Shown piece after piece: positions 10,690-21,037 of a stretch of DNA of 64,000 bases. The DNA lies in NCBI GenBank assembly GCA_963664395.2, contig OY761159.2, forward strand, positions 3,328,001 to 3,392,000, given 5' to 3'. This DNA is from Candidatus Binatia bacterium. GTDB lineage: Bacteria > Desulfobacterota > Binatia > Bin18. Positions within the stretch are counted from its first letter, which is position 1. Each line of letters starts with the position of its first letter. The notes beneath the pieces were generated by a model. It searched no databases. It was not told the DNA's origin and saw nothing but the letters and a program-made list of their open reading frames with translations. Position numbers and translations under genes: made by a program.

Positions 10690-11763
10690 ATGGAATTTGC
10701 CATTGCTTATCCGGCGAAACTGGACGCGTGGAAAGATCTCGTTGTTGCCGAGGACAACGGATTCAGCCATGCCTGGCTGTACGATTCCCAGATGCTCTAC
10801 AGCGATGTGTATGCGTGCCTGGCACTTGCCGCGGAGCACACCAAGGCCATGACGTTGGGAACAGGAGTCGCGATCCCGAGCAATCGCATCGCCCCAGTCA
10901 CCGCCCACTCCATTGCCACTATTAACCAACTCGCGCCAGGGCGCGTCATTCTTGGCCTGGGGACGGGGTTTACCGGACGGAATACCATGGGTCTCCCGCC
11001 TGTCTCTCTGAAAAGCATCCGGCACTATATTGAGCAATGTCGGGCGTTGCTCAAAGGAGAAGACGTTCTCTTTCAAGACAATGAAGGGGATGGTTCACGC
11101 GAACGCTGGATTCGTTTTCTGCACCAAGACCACGGCTATATCAATTTGAAAGACCCCATTCCGATTCATTTTGCGGCCAACGGTCCCAAGGCGTTAGAGC
11201 TGACAGGCGAGATTACGGACGGCTGGATTACGACCATTTCCACCCCTGAGACCTTGCGCAAAAACCTTGACGTGGTTGAAAAGGGGGCAGCCAAGGTCGG
11301 TCGGTCGGCCCGGGACTTACCCAATGTCGCGCTGACAACAGCCTGCGTACTCCAACCGGGTGAGTCTGCGACCTCGCCCCGCGTGATTGACCGTGTTGGC
11401 CCCTTTGCCGTGGTCGCGCTCCATGCACTATGGGAGCAATCTGCGGTCAGCGCAAACATGCCGCCTGCCATGGAGCCACTCTATCAGGGTTTTGCCGACT
11501 ATGTGGCCCAGATGCAAACGCCCGAAGACCGCCGTTATCTCGAAGTCCATGAAGGCCACCTGATCTACCTCAAGCCGGGTGAAGAGCGCTACTGTACTGA
11601 AGATCTGATTCGCGTCGTGACGCTGACCGGGACCGGGGAAGAGATCATTGCCCGGCTCAAAGCCCTCGAAGCGGCCGGTCTCAAACAGGTTGCCGTTCAG
11701 GTCGTGAACAATGGCCGTGAAATGATCGAAGAGTTCAGCCGCGAGGTGATTGCGAAATACTAG
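10690..11763 (+). CDS. LLM-class flavin-dependent oxidoreductase
   Basis: AEDNGF..AWLYDS, APGRVILGLGTG and AANGPKAL motifs; AGGAGG RBS. Confidence 0.9.
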   Translation: MEFAIAYPAKLDAWKDLVVAEDNGFSHAWLYDSQMLYSDVYACLALAAEHTKAMTLGTGVAIPSNRIAPVTAHSIATINQLAPGRVILGLGTGFTGRNTMGLPPVSLKSIRHYIEQCRALLKGEDVLFQDNEGDGSRERWIRFLHQDHGYINLKDPIPIHFAANGPKALELTGEITDGWITTISTPETLRKNLDVVEKGAAKVGRSARDLPNVALTTACVLQPGESATSPRVIDRVGPFAVVALHALWEQSAVSANMPPAMEPLYQGFADYVAQMQTPEDRRYLEVHEGHLIYLKPGEERYCTEDLIRVVTLTGTGEEIIARLKALEAAGLKQVAVQVVNNGREMIEEFSREVIAKY

Positions 11764-11770
11764 GAGGACT

Positions 11771-12913
11771 ATGACTCAAGACACCATCACTTTCGGGATC
11801 GCCATTTCTCTCAGTGGCCGGTATGCCCTGCTGGGGCGCCAAGTCCTTGAAGGGCTTGAGTGCTATGTCCGCGATGTGAATGCCGACGGCGGGATGCTGT
11901 TACGGGACGAGAATCGAAAAATACCCGTCTCTTTAATTGTCGAAGATGACCACAGTGATGAGGCGAGAGTCCGCGGGCTCGTCGAGAAGTTGATTAGCCA
12001 CGCCAAGGTCGATCTGCTGCTGGGGCCCTACGGCAGTGGGCTGACTCTTGCCGCCGCGGAGACGGCCGAGGCCGCCCGGCATGTGCTGTGGAACCATAGC
12101 GGGTCGGCAGACGAAATTTTCGAGTGCAACCTCTCTTGGGTAGTCGGCATTCTGAGTCCGGCGTCACAATACCTCTGTGCCATTCTCGAATTGCTGCACA
12201 CGCTGGACCCCGGCGCAAAACGGGTGGCTGTATTGAGCGCCCAAACCGGCTTTGCAACCGATATGGCCAGGGGTGCGCTGGCGTGGATACAACGGCACGG
12301 CCTGACGCTCGCCAGCCACCAGCTATACCGGTCCGGTCTTGACGATTTCAGCCCTTTGCTCAACCCGCTCAAGGACGACCCGCCGGATTGGTTTCTCAGC
12401 GTGGGCCGCGTAGAGGATGATCTTCGGCTGGGTCGGCAGTTGTGTGACATCCGACCACGACTCAAGGCCGCCGGGCTGGTAGTAGCGGCCATTAGTCGTT
12501 TTAAGGCCGAGCTCGGCGAGCGGGCAGACGGGTTTCTCGCACCGAGTCAGTGGGAGCCACAAGTGGAATACCGGGTGGATTGCGGCCCGCCGGAAAATAC
12601 GTTTTTGACCCACTATCTCAAAGGTGCAACCGTTCCTATCGACTATCCGGCGGCTCAGGGCTATGCCGCCGGGGTGATTGCCCAGCGCTGCGTTGAGGAG
12701 GTGGGCAAGATCGATCAACAGGCGCTGCGGGCCGCTGCCGGCCGTGTCCGCTGCACAACCTTCTACGGCCCGTATGCGATTGAAGCGCAGACCGGTCGCC
12801 AAACCGCCCACCCCATGCTGGTGACGCAATGGCAGCAGGGCCGTAAGGAAATCGTGTGGCCACGCACGGTGGCTGAAGCCCAGCCGGTCTATCCCGGACC
12901 GCTGTGGGAGTAG
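11771..12913 (+). CDS. Branched-chain amino acid ABC-type substrate-binding protein (no evident signal peptide)
   Basis: [13 protein letters not shown] and TFYG motifs; AGGAGG RBS. Confidence 0.8.
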   Translation: MTQDTITFGIAISLSGRYALLGRQVLEGLECYVRDVNADGGMLLRDENRKIPVSLIVEDDHSDEARVRGLVEKLISHAKVDLLLGPYGSGLTLAAAETAEAARHVLWNHSGSADEIFECNLSWVVGILSPASQYLCAILELLHTLDPGAKRVAVLSAQTGFATDMARGALAWIQRHGLTLASHQLYRSGLDDFSPLLNPLKDDPPDWFLSVGRVEDDLRLGRQLCDIRPRLKAAGLVVAAISRFKAELGERADGFLAPSQWEPQVEYRVDCGPPENTFLTHYLKGATVPIDYPAAQGYAAGVIAQRCVEEVGKIDQQALRAAAGRVRCTTFYGPYAIEAQTGRQTAHPMLVTQWQQGRKEIVWPRTVAEAQPVYPGPLWE

Positions 12914-13035
12914 GTGGGAAAGGAGAAACCCGTCCAACAATTGAACTTGCTCTCCACCTTGGTTACACTCTTACGAAGTTGGGGCAGGCAAGCGCCTATT
13001 CCAGCGACATCATCTTCACGAAAGGGGAGAGCGAA

Positions 13036-13455
13036 ATGAGTCACATCAGAGCGGAATACATCTGGATAGACGGGAACAAACCGACTGCCACGCTGCATCC
13101 AAAACCGATCAAAGGAGATTGGAATGGCGCCGGTGCCCACACAAATTTCAGCACCAAATCCATGCGCGCGGCAGGCGGCTTGCAGGTGGTGAAAGCCGCC
13201 TGCGAAGCGCTGGAAAAAAAGCACGAGGAACACATTGCGGTGTATGGCGCCCACAATGAAGAACGCCTCACCGGCCTGCATGAGACGTGCAGCATCCATG
13301 AATTTCGCTACGGCATAAGTGACCGTGGAGCCTCGGTCCGGATCCCGATGGCCACGGCCAAAGAGGGGCGCGGCTATTTGGAAGATCGCCGCCCGGCAGC
13401 CAACATGGACCCCTATCGGGTCTGCGCCGCGCTGCTCGAAACAACGTGTGGCTGA
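13036..13455 (+). pseudogene. glnII: Glutamine synthetase type II with a large in-frame internal deletion
   Basis: N-terminal AEYIWIDG joined directly to C-terminal [26 protein letters not shown] and [15 protein letters not shown]; only 139 aa. Confidence 0.85.
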
Positions 13456-13504
13456 GGCGCACAATCAGAGAGATAATACCTTCTCTCTTGCTCGGAGGGC
13501 CGCT

Positions 13505-14515
13505 ATGTTACACACGCCAGTATGCCAGGACCTGGGTATCAAGTATCCAATTTTTTCCGTAGGTATGGGCGGTGGGATGTCCGGGCCACCGCTCACGGCA
13601 GCGGTTTCCAACGCCGGCGGCTGTGGTGTCTTGGGTATGGGCGGTCTGCCGGCGCCTTTCATACAACAGCAGATCCGGCAGGTCCGGGTGCTGACCACGC
13701 AGCCCTTTGGGGTCAATATTATTCTGCCCCTGCTGCAAGAGGGACAGGTTGAAACGTGTCTGGCCGAAGCCGTTCCCCTGCTTGTGCTCTTCTGGGGTGA
13801 TCCTGAACCCTATGTCAAAGAAGCCCATCGCGCAGGGACCAAAGTCTTTATCCAGGTTGGCTCAGTTGAAGAAGCGCTTGCCGCGGCGGACGCCGGAGTG
13901 GATGGCATTATCGTCCAAGGTGTTGAAGCGGGGGGGCACGTCAAAAGCACAACCTCACTGTCAACCATCGTGCCGGCTGTGGCCGAAGCCGTTGGACCGG
14001 TGCCGGTTATTGCCGCTGGTGGCATCGCCACCGGACGCGGGGTCGTGGCGGCCCTCACGCTGGGTGCTCAGGCGGTATCCATGGGCACGCGCTTTGTGGC
14101 CAGTGAAGAAGTCCACGTCACCCAGGAATACAAACAGCGCATTGTTGACAGCACGGCAGAAGATACGGTGTACACCACGCTCTTTGATGTGGGCTGGCCG
14201 GAGGCGGCTCATAGGGTGTTGCGCAATAGGGCTCTGGACGAATGGGAAGCCGCCGGCCGGCCGGCCAGCGGCCAGCGGTCCGGCGAAGGCAGCATTGTCG
14301 GTACGATGCCGCTGGCCGGAACGTCCATAGACCTGCCCAAATACGGCATCTTCCCGCCTATGCTTGGCTTTGAGGGCGACCTGGAACAAACCGCATTGTA
14401 CGCGGGTGAATCGTGTCGGTTGATTCATGCCATTAAGCCGGCGGGTCAAATCGTGCACGACATCGTGCACGAAGCCCAAGACATTCTGAAAAGCCTGGGC
14501 GCGTCAAGAGCGTAA
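13505..14515 (+). CDS. Nitronate monooxygenase family flavoprotein
   Basis: AVSNAGG.G, QGVEAGGH, AAGGI and MGTRF motifs. Confidence 0.9.
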   Translation: MLHTPVCQDLGIKYPIFSVGMGGGMSGPPLTAAVSNAGGCGVLGMGGLPAPFIQQQIRQVRVLTTQPFGVNIILPLLQEGQVETCLAEAVPLLVLFWGDPEPYVKEAHRAGTKVFIQVGSVEEALAAADAGVDGIIVQGVEAGGHVKSTTSLSTIVPAVAEAVGPVPVIAAGGIATGRGVVAALTLGAQAVSMGTRFVASEEVHVTQEYKQRIVDSTAEDTVYTTLFDVGWPEAAHRVLRNRALDEWEAAGRPASGQRSGEGSIVGTMPLAGTSIDLPKYGIFPPMLGFEGDLEQTALYAGESCRLIHAIKPAGQIVHDIVHEAQDILKSLGASRA

Positions 14516-14558
14516 TCAAACTCCCCTGCGCTCTGAGAAAAGAAAGGAAACAAACTGC

Positions 14559-15311
14559 ATGACTCGGCTCGCAAACAAAGTCAGCCTGATTACCGGCGGC
14601 GGTTCCGGCATTGGCCGCGCAACCTGTCTGCTGTTCGCCCAAGAGGGCGCTCGGGTGAGTGTGGCAGACTACGACGAACCCGGCGGACAGGAAACCGTGC
14701 AACAAATCCGGGCCAGCGGCGGTACCGCCGCCTTTATTCGAGCCGATGTCTCTCAGTCAGCGGACGTGCAGCGCATGATTGCGGCAACCAAAGAAACCTA
14801 TGGGCGCATTGACGTCTTATTCAATAATGCCGGGATTGAGGGCCCGTCCGCAAAATTAGCCACCTATCCCGAGGACGCCTGGGACACCGTTATCGCTGTT
14901 GATCTCACGTCGGTCTATTTAGGCATGAAATACGTCATCCCGCATATGCTTGAACAGGGCGGTGGCGTCATTCTGAGTACCGCCTCCGTAGCCGGATTGG
15001 TCGGATTTCCCGGCAGCGGCGCGTATGCTGCCGCCAAGGCCGGCGTGATCAACCTGACCCGCATGGTCGCACTTGAATACGCCAGTAAAAATATTCGGGT
15101 CAACTGTATCTGTCCGGGCATTATTGCAACGCCCATGGCCGAGCGCGTCATAGGCGAGCGCCCGCAAGAGCAGGTTGTCCGCATGGAGCCCATCGGTCGG
15201 CTGGGCAAGGCCGAAGACATTGCCCAGGCCGCGCTCTTCTTAGCCAGTGATGAGTCGTCGTTTGCCACCGGTGCGCCCTTCATTATTGACGGGGGGTATG
15301 TAGCACGGTAG
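14559..15311 (+). CDS. SDR family NAD(P)-dependent oxidoreductase
   Basis: TGGGSGIG, NNAG and YAAAK motifs. Confidence 0.92.
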   Translation: MTRLANKVSLITGGGSGIGRATCLLFAQEGARVSVADYDEPGGQETVQQIRASGGTAAFIRADVSQSADVQRMIAATKETYGRIDVLFNNAGIEGPSAKLATYPEDAWDTVIAVDLTSVYLGMKYVIPHMLEQGGGVILSTASVAGLVGFPGSGAYAAAKAGVINLTRMVALEYASKNIRVNCICPGIIATPMAERVIGERPQEQVVRMEPIGRLGKAEDIAQAALFLASDESSFATGAPFIIDGGYVAR

Positions 15312-15321
15312 TGGAGACGGC

Positions 15322-16014
15322 ATGAAAGAATCGTTTATCCTGCTGTTGTGGTGGGGTCTCTTTGGTGGCGCGCATATGCTTATGTCCTCGCCCGGTTGGC
15401 GCCCGAAACTGGTTGCCGGTCTTGGTGAGCGGGGCTTCTTGGGACTCTATTCTCTGATTGCGCTCGCCACCCTGGTGCCACTGTGCCTCTACTACGGCGC
15501 GCACAAACACACCGGCCCGCAGCTCTGGATCACACTTGCCCCCTACCTTCTTGCGCGTGATATGAATATCCTGCTCATGCTGCTGGCCTTTGCCCTCTTC
15601 GTCAGCGGACTTGCTGCGCGTCCGCCCAGCTCCATGCTGGCCAGTGGAGAGCCCCGGGCCTATGGCGTCACCCGTATTACCCGCCACCCGGTCTTTGCCG
15701 CGTTCTTTTTGTTCGGCGTGGCGCACTGCCTGGTGAACGGCGCCCTCAGCGACGTCGTCTTCTTCGGCGGTTTCGTCGTCTACTCCTGGCTGGGCGCTCG
15801 CCATCAGGACGAACGCAAAGCGGGCGACATTCCCGGCTATGCAGAATTTCGGCTGTCCACCTCGTTTGTGCCATTCGGGGCCATTGTCAGCCGACGGCAG
15901 CCGTTTCCTGCCGGAGAGTTGCGTTGGGGGGCGATCGTCATTGGCCTAGTTGTGTTCTACCTCGTGCGAACCTTTCATCCCGGCATATTTGGCGGGATTC
16001 TCATGACGCTCTAA
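15322..16014 (+). CDS. nnrU: NnrU family membrane protein
   Basis: ITRHP, AHCLVNG, HQD and TSFVPF motifs. Confidence 0.75.
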   Translation: MKESFILLLWWGLFGGAHMLMSSPGWRPKLVAGLGERGFLGLYSLIALATLVPLCLYYGAHKHTGPQLWITLAPYLLARDMNILLMLLAFALFVSGLAARPPSSMLASGEPRAYGVTRITRHPVFAAFFLFGVAHCLVNGALSDVVFFGGFVVYSWLGARHQDERKAGDIPGYAEFRLSTSFVPFGAIVSRRQPFPAGELRWGAIVIGLVVFYLVRTFHPGIFGGILMTL

Positions 16015-16026
16015 TAATACTGTATT

Positions 16027-16317
16027 ATGAACCTGGAGGCGTTGACTGAGGCCTGGAACTGGCTCCTCGGCCTGTCCAAGGTCCAATTGATTATGCTGGG
16101 TGGTGGAACCGCTCTGCTCGTTGCGGTGAGTAAAGTTCTCCGCCTTCTGTTCTTAATTGTTGTCCTGCTCCTCTTTCTTGGCGTGTTTCTGCCGCACCTG
16201 CTCAAGACTTATGAAGAGGGTCCGCTTCCGGCTGTGGTCGACGATGCCATCCAACGGGGAGTTGATGCCTCTCAGGATATTGCTCCCGCACTGCCCCCGG
16301 CCACGCCTCAACCGTAA
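16027..16317 (+). CDS. Small hypothetical membrane protein
   Basis: Two hydrophobic segments; fits between co-oriented genes. Confidence 0.55.
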   Translation: MNLEALTEAWNWLLGLSKVQLIMLGGGTALLVAVSKVLRLLFLIVVLLLFLGVFLPHLLKTYEEGPLPAVVDDAIQRGVDASQDIAPALPPATPQP

Positions 16318-16363
16318 GACTGGCCTAAGACCGTATCAAAAGACGAATGAGCGAAAGGAGACG

Positions 16364-16837
16364 ATGATGGAAGTTGAAAGGAAACTCGAAGAACTCGGGC
16401 TGACCCTGCCGCCCATTCCCACTCCCGTGGCCAATTATCTGCCCCTGGTGCGAACCGGCAATCTCCTGTTTGTCTCCGGCCACGGACCGGGTGTCCTCAA
16501 GGACGGCGCGGTGTCGTTCATCCAGGGTAAGCTCGGCAGAGACCTGGATGTCGAGCAAGGCTATGCCGCGGCCAAACAGGTCATGCTCAATATCTTGCAA
16601 TCCATGAAGCAAGAACTGGGAGACCTGGACAAAGTTCAGAAGGTTGTCAAGCTGCTCGGCTTTGTCAACTGTACGCCCGACTTCCCGGATCAACCCAAAG
16701 TGATCAATGGCGCGTCCGACCTGCTGGTCGAACTGTTCGGTGAGCGCGGTCGCCACGCCCGCTCGGCCGTGGGGATGAACCAGCTCCCGTTCGGCATCGC
16801 GGTCGAGATTGAGCTGGTGGTGGAAGTCAAGGACTGA
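16364..16837 (+). CDS. RidA/YjgF family protein
   Basis: PVANY, LFVSGH, NGASDL and HARSAVG motifs; AAGGAG RBS. Confidence 0.9.
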   Translation: MMEVERKLEELGLTLPPIPTPVANYLPLVRTGNLLFVSGHGPGVLKDGAVSFIQGKLGRDLDVEQGYAAAKQVMLNILQSMKQELGDLDKVQKVVKLLGFVNCTPDFPDQPKVINGASDLLVELFGERGRHARSAVGMNQLPFGIAVEIELVVEVKD

Positions 16838-16880
16838 GGCGGAGATCCGCGCCGCCGCCTATGTATCGTCGGGCAGGGGA

Positions 16881-17867
<987 letters not shown>

Positions 17868-17967
17868 TATTCTTGTATTGTTCCTGATCTGCACGCTGTC
17901 CACAAGCTCGACTGACTGCAAAGCGCGTTGAGACCGGCGCACCCCGGCGCACACAAGAGACGCATCC

Positions 17968-17996
17968 GTGACGCCAGCCAGCCTCCACTGTATAAT
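17968..17996 (+). promoter_or_regulatory. Sigma70-like promoter, probably giving a leaderless mRNA
   Basis: GTGACG-N17-TATAAT, then 6 nt to the ATG at 18003 with no SD. Confidence 0.6.
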
Positions 17997-18002
17997 ACGA
18001 CT

Positions 18003-20036
18003 ATGCCCCAGGAAAATACTGCGGACTACCCCGTTCGGGTTGTCCAGAATGTTTACGTCCCTCTGCCTGATGGGATTCGGTTGGGCGCGACTCTGTATAT
18101 GCCGGACTCATCGAATGACGGTCCGTTCCCCGCCGTGATCGAGTATGACCCCTATCGTAAAGATGACAATAAAGTCGTCCGTAACTGGCAGACCCATAGC
18201 TATCTCGCGCGCAAGGGGCATATCGGCGTCCGCCTGGACGTGCGTGGCACAGGTGCATCGACAGGAATTGCCGAGAATGAGTACACCCGGCAGGAACAAG
18301 CGGATTGTCTCCACGCCCTCGCATGGTTGGCCGACCAATCCTGGTGTACGGGCAATATTGGGATGTGGGGTTCCTCATACGGTGGCATCACTGCCATCCA
18401 AACCGCTATGCACGCCCCGCCTCAGCTCAAAGCCATACTGCCCATGCATGCTGTTGTCGATCGCTATGGTGACGATGTGCACTACCACGGGGGGTGTGTA
18501 CCGGTGCATGAATCTGTTGCCTGGGCCGGCCGTATGGTGGCCCTGAATGCGCTGCCGCCTTTGCCTGAGATCGTCGGAGATGCATGGCAGCGGCTCTGGC
18601 TGGAACGTCTGGAGCAGACCCCCCAATGGCCGTGCGCATGGCTGCAACATCCACACCGGGACGCTTACTGGGAACATGGCTCTGTCTGTGAGAACTGGGA
18701 ATCCATTGTGTGCCCGGTTTTTGCTGTTGGCGGTTGGGCGGACAGTTATCACAATTTTGTCCTGCGCCTCCTGGAACATCTGACGGTTCCGCGCAAAGGG
18801 CTGATCGGACCGTGGCTACACGACCGTCCGCATACGGCGCGACCCGGGCCACAGATTGACTTTCTGCGTGAGATGGTCCGTTGGTGGGATCATTGGCTGA
18901 AAGGGATAGCGACCGGCATCATGGACGAACCCCTCTTAACCGTATGGGTTCAGGAGTCTCGTCCGCCCGATCCGTACCTGGCCACCATTCCAGGATACTG
19001 GCGCGCTGAAACGGAATGGCCGGTCGCACGCGCACAGCAGCAGACCTGGTTTCTTGGGGACGGGGCGCGCTTACAACCAGACTGCCCTCTTGAAACTGCC
19101 CAGAATCAATCGACTGAATGGAACGGGCCGCTCACGGTCGGGACCGCCGCCCCGTTCTGGTGTACCGGCTTTCGGCCAAGCGGTATGCCGCGGGATCAAC
19201 GCCGGGATGATGCCTGTTCTCTGGCGTTTACCAGTGCGCCGCTCCAAGCGCCCGTCGAAATCCTCGGCTTTCCTACGGTCAGGCTCTACGTTGCTGCTTC
19301 AGAACCTGTTGCCCACGTAGCAGTCAAGCTGTGTGATGTGGCTCCGGACGGGGCGTCTCTTCTGGTGACACGCGGCGTTCTCAATCTCACCCATCGCACC
19401 GGCCATAGCGCTCCCACACCACTCACGCCGAGAACGATCTATCCCGTAACTATCGAGCTGGGCAGTATCTCGCACGTGTTTGCCGTGGGTCATTGCCTGC
19501 GGCTGAGTATGAGCGGCGCAGATTGGCCGCTGGTGTGGCCGGCTCCCCGACCGTATGCGCTCACGTTGTATCACGCGGCCGAACATCCAACTCAACTGAC
19601 CCTCCCTGTGCTTCCGCCGCAAACGACGGCATTGCCCACCCCCGTCTTTCGCCCGCCAGAGGTCTCTCTCCCGCCTGCTCGCGCTGAAGGAGAGCCGGGT
19701 TCGTTTACCATCCTTCAGGACATGGAAACCGGAACAACGCAAATGGAGACCACGTCAGCGTCTCGAACCACGCTGCACGAGCGAGATTTGGTTATGACGG
19801 AGTCAAACCGGAAAACCTTATCTCTGCAAGAAGGCAATCCGCTGAGTTGTCGAGCCGTGATGACACGTCAGCTCGGTCTGGAGCGTTCTGGCTGGAATGT
19901 GCAGGTTGACAGTACGCTCCACATGGGGTGTACGGAAAAAATGTTCACAGTCGAGATCGATCTGAGAGCCCGGCATAACGATGAGGTAGTCTTTGAACGA
20001 CACTGGAAGGAAGAGGTCCCGCGTCTCTTGGGGTGA
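18003..20036 (+). CDS. CocE/NonD family (X-Pro dipeptidyl-peptidase-like) hydrolase
   Basis: PYRKDD, DVRGTG.S.G, GMWGSSYGG nucleophile motif, GGWADSY and GPW.H. Confidence 0.9.
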   Translation: MPQENTADYPVRVVQNVYVPLPDGIRLGATLYMPDSSNDGPFPAVIEYDPYRKDDNKVVRNWQTHSYLARKGHIGVRLDVRGTGASTGIAENEYTRQEQADCLHALAWLADQSWCTGNIGMWGSSYGGITAIQTAMHAPPQLKAILPMHAVVDRYGDDVHYHGGCVPVHESVAWAGRMVALNALPPLPEIVGDAWQRLWLERLEQTPQWPCAWLQHPHRDAYWEHGSVCENWESIVCPVFAVGGWADSYHNFVLRLLEHLTVPRKGLIGPWLHDRPHTARPGPQIDFLREMVRWWDHWLKGIATGIMDEPLLTVWVQESRPPDPYLATIPGYWRAETEWPVARAQQQTWFLGDGARLQPDCPLETAQNQSTEWNGPLTVGTAAPFWCTGFRPSGMPRDQRRDDACSLAFTSAPLQAPVEILGFPTVRLYVAASEPVAHVAVKLCDVAPDGASLLVTRGVLNLTHRTGHSAPTPLTPRTIYPVTIELGSISHVFAVGHCLRLSMSGADWPLVWPAPRPYALTLYHAAEHPTQLTLPVLPPQTTALPTPVFRPPEVSLPPARAEGEPGSFTILQDMETGTTQMETTSASRTTLHERDLVMTESNRKTLSLQEGNPLSCRAVMTRQLGLERSGWNVQVDSTLHMGCTEKMFTVEIDLRARHNDEVVFERHWKEEVPRLLG

Positions 20037-20290
20037 GAGGAAGTCGAAAGAGTGGCTTCAGATGAAAAGCGAGTCGCTTTGGACCGCGTATGAGGCCCAC
20101 CGTCCGGCTATCGCCGGGAAAGTCGAAACGTTTCTCGCTGGGGCAAACCCTGCGGACCGGTAACGAGATTCACCGTTGTAGGACTTGACAGTGGCAGCAG
20201 AAAGCTGACAGTTTTTCTCTCTTACATCATACGGCACCCTGTCCCATTCCCAGGGGAGGCGACCCGCAAGGAGAAAGGACCTCCACCGCG

Positions 20291-21007
20291 ATGACAACCA
20301 CGAGTGCATTCCTCCAGGAAGTCGAAGTCAAGCTCCTCACCGATGACGTGTCGGTCTTCGATCAGATCGCGGCCCTCCCGCAGCTCGGTCCTTTTAGTCT
20401 TGAGCGCCGCCCGACTTTACAGTTGCAGACGACGTATCTGGATACGACGGGCTTCCTCATAGCACGCCATGCGCTTGCCCTGCGCCTTCGGCGGATAGGC
20501 GAGGCTGGTGAGGGGGGCTGGGAAGTTTCGACAAAAGGGCAGGGGCAGGTCACAGGGGCTATGCATGCCCGACCGGAACGGACGGTGGTGCTGCCCAGTG
20601 CTCCTGTCTTCCCATTCGTCCCGCCAGCAGAGTTAGCCGACGGTTTACCGACCGCCGCTCTCCGCCAGACGCTCGCTCCGATTCTGATTTCCGAGGTGAC
20701 ACGACAACGCTTGGCCATCAAGCGCAGCGCTGAACCACAGGAAAAATCGCTTGCAGAGGTGGCCCTCGATACGGCGCAGTATCGTGACCCGAAAGCGCCC
20801 GCGCGTGCCTTTGCCACGTTTTATGAAGTCGAAGTCGAGCTGGAAGCCGGTACGCAGGATGAGCTGAGACGCATCAGCCGTTTTCTCCAGGAGCATTTTC
20901 CCTTACACCCGTCACACGCTAATAAGCTCCAGCGTGGCCTGGCTCTTTTATATGGCCCAGGTGTGTGGAAAGTCCCCTATGCAAGCCCGCAGCAGTCAGG
21001 CGGGTGA
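20291..21007 (+). CDS. CYTH domain protein (triphosphate tunnel metalloenzyme)
   Basis: EVEVKL (ExExK), YLDT, ALRLRR, EVEVEL and NKLQRG motifs. Confidence 0.85.
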   Translation: MTTTSAFLQEVEVKLLTDDVSVFDQIAALPQLGPFSLERRPTLQLQTTYLDTTGFLIARHALALRLRRIGEAGEGGWEVSTKGQGQVTGAMHARPERTVVLPSAPVFPFVPPAELADGLPTAALRQTLAPILISEVTRQRLAIKRSAEPQEKSLAEVALDTAQYRDPKAPARAFATFYEVEVELEAGTQDELRRISRFLQEHFPLHPSHANKLQRGLALLYGPGVWKVPYASPQQSGG

Positions 21008-21037
21008 GGTCCGGCCGTCCTCCTGCGTCGGCACGTT

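Noticed and set aside
20135-20200. GGGCAAACC as a possible c-di-GMP-I riboswitch
   Set aside because: The following GAAA tetraloop stem and GACGCAAA motif are absent.
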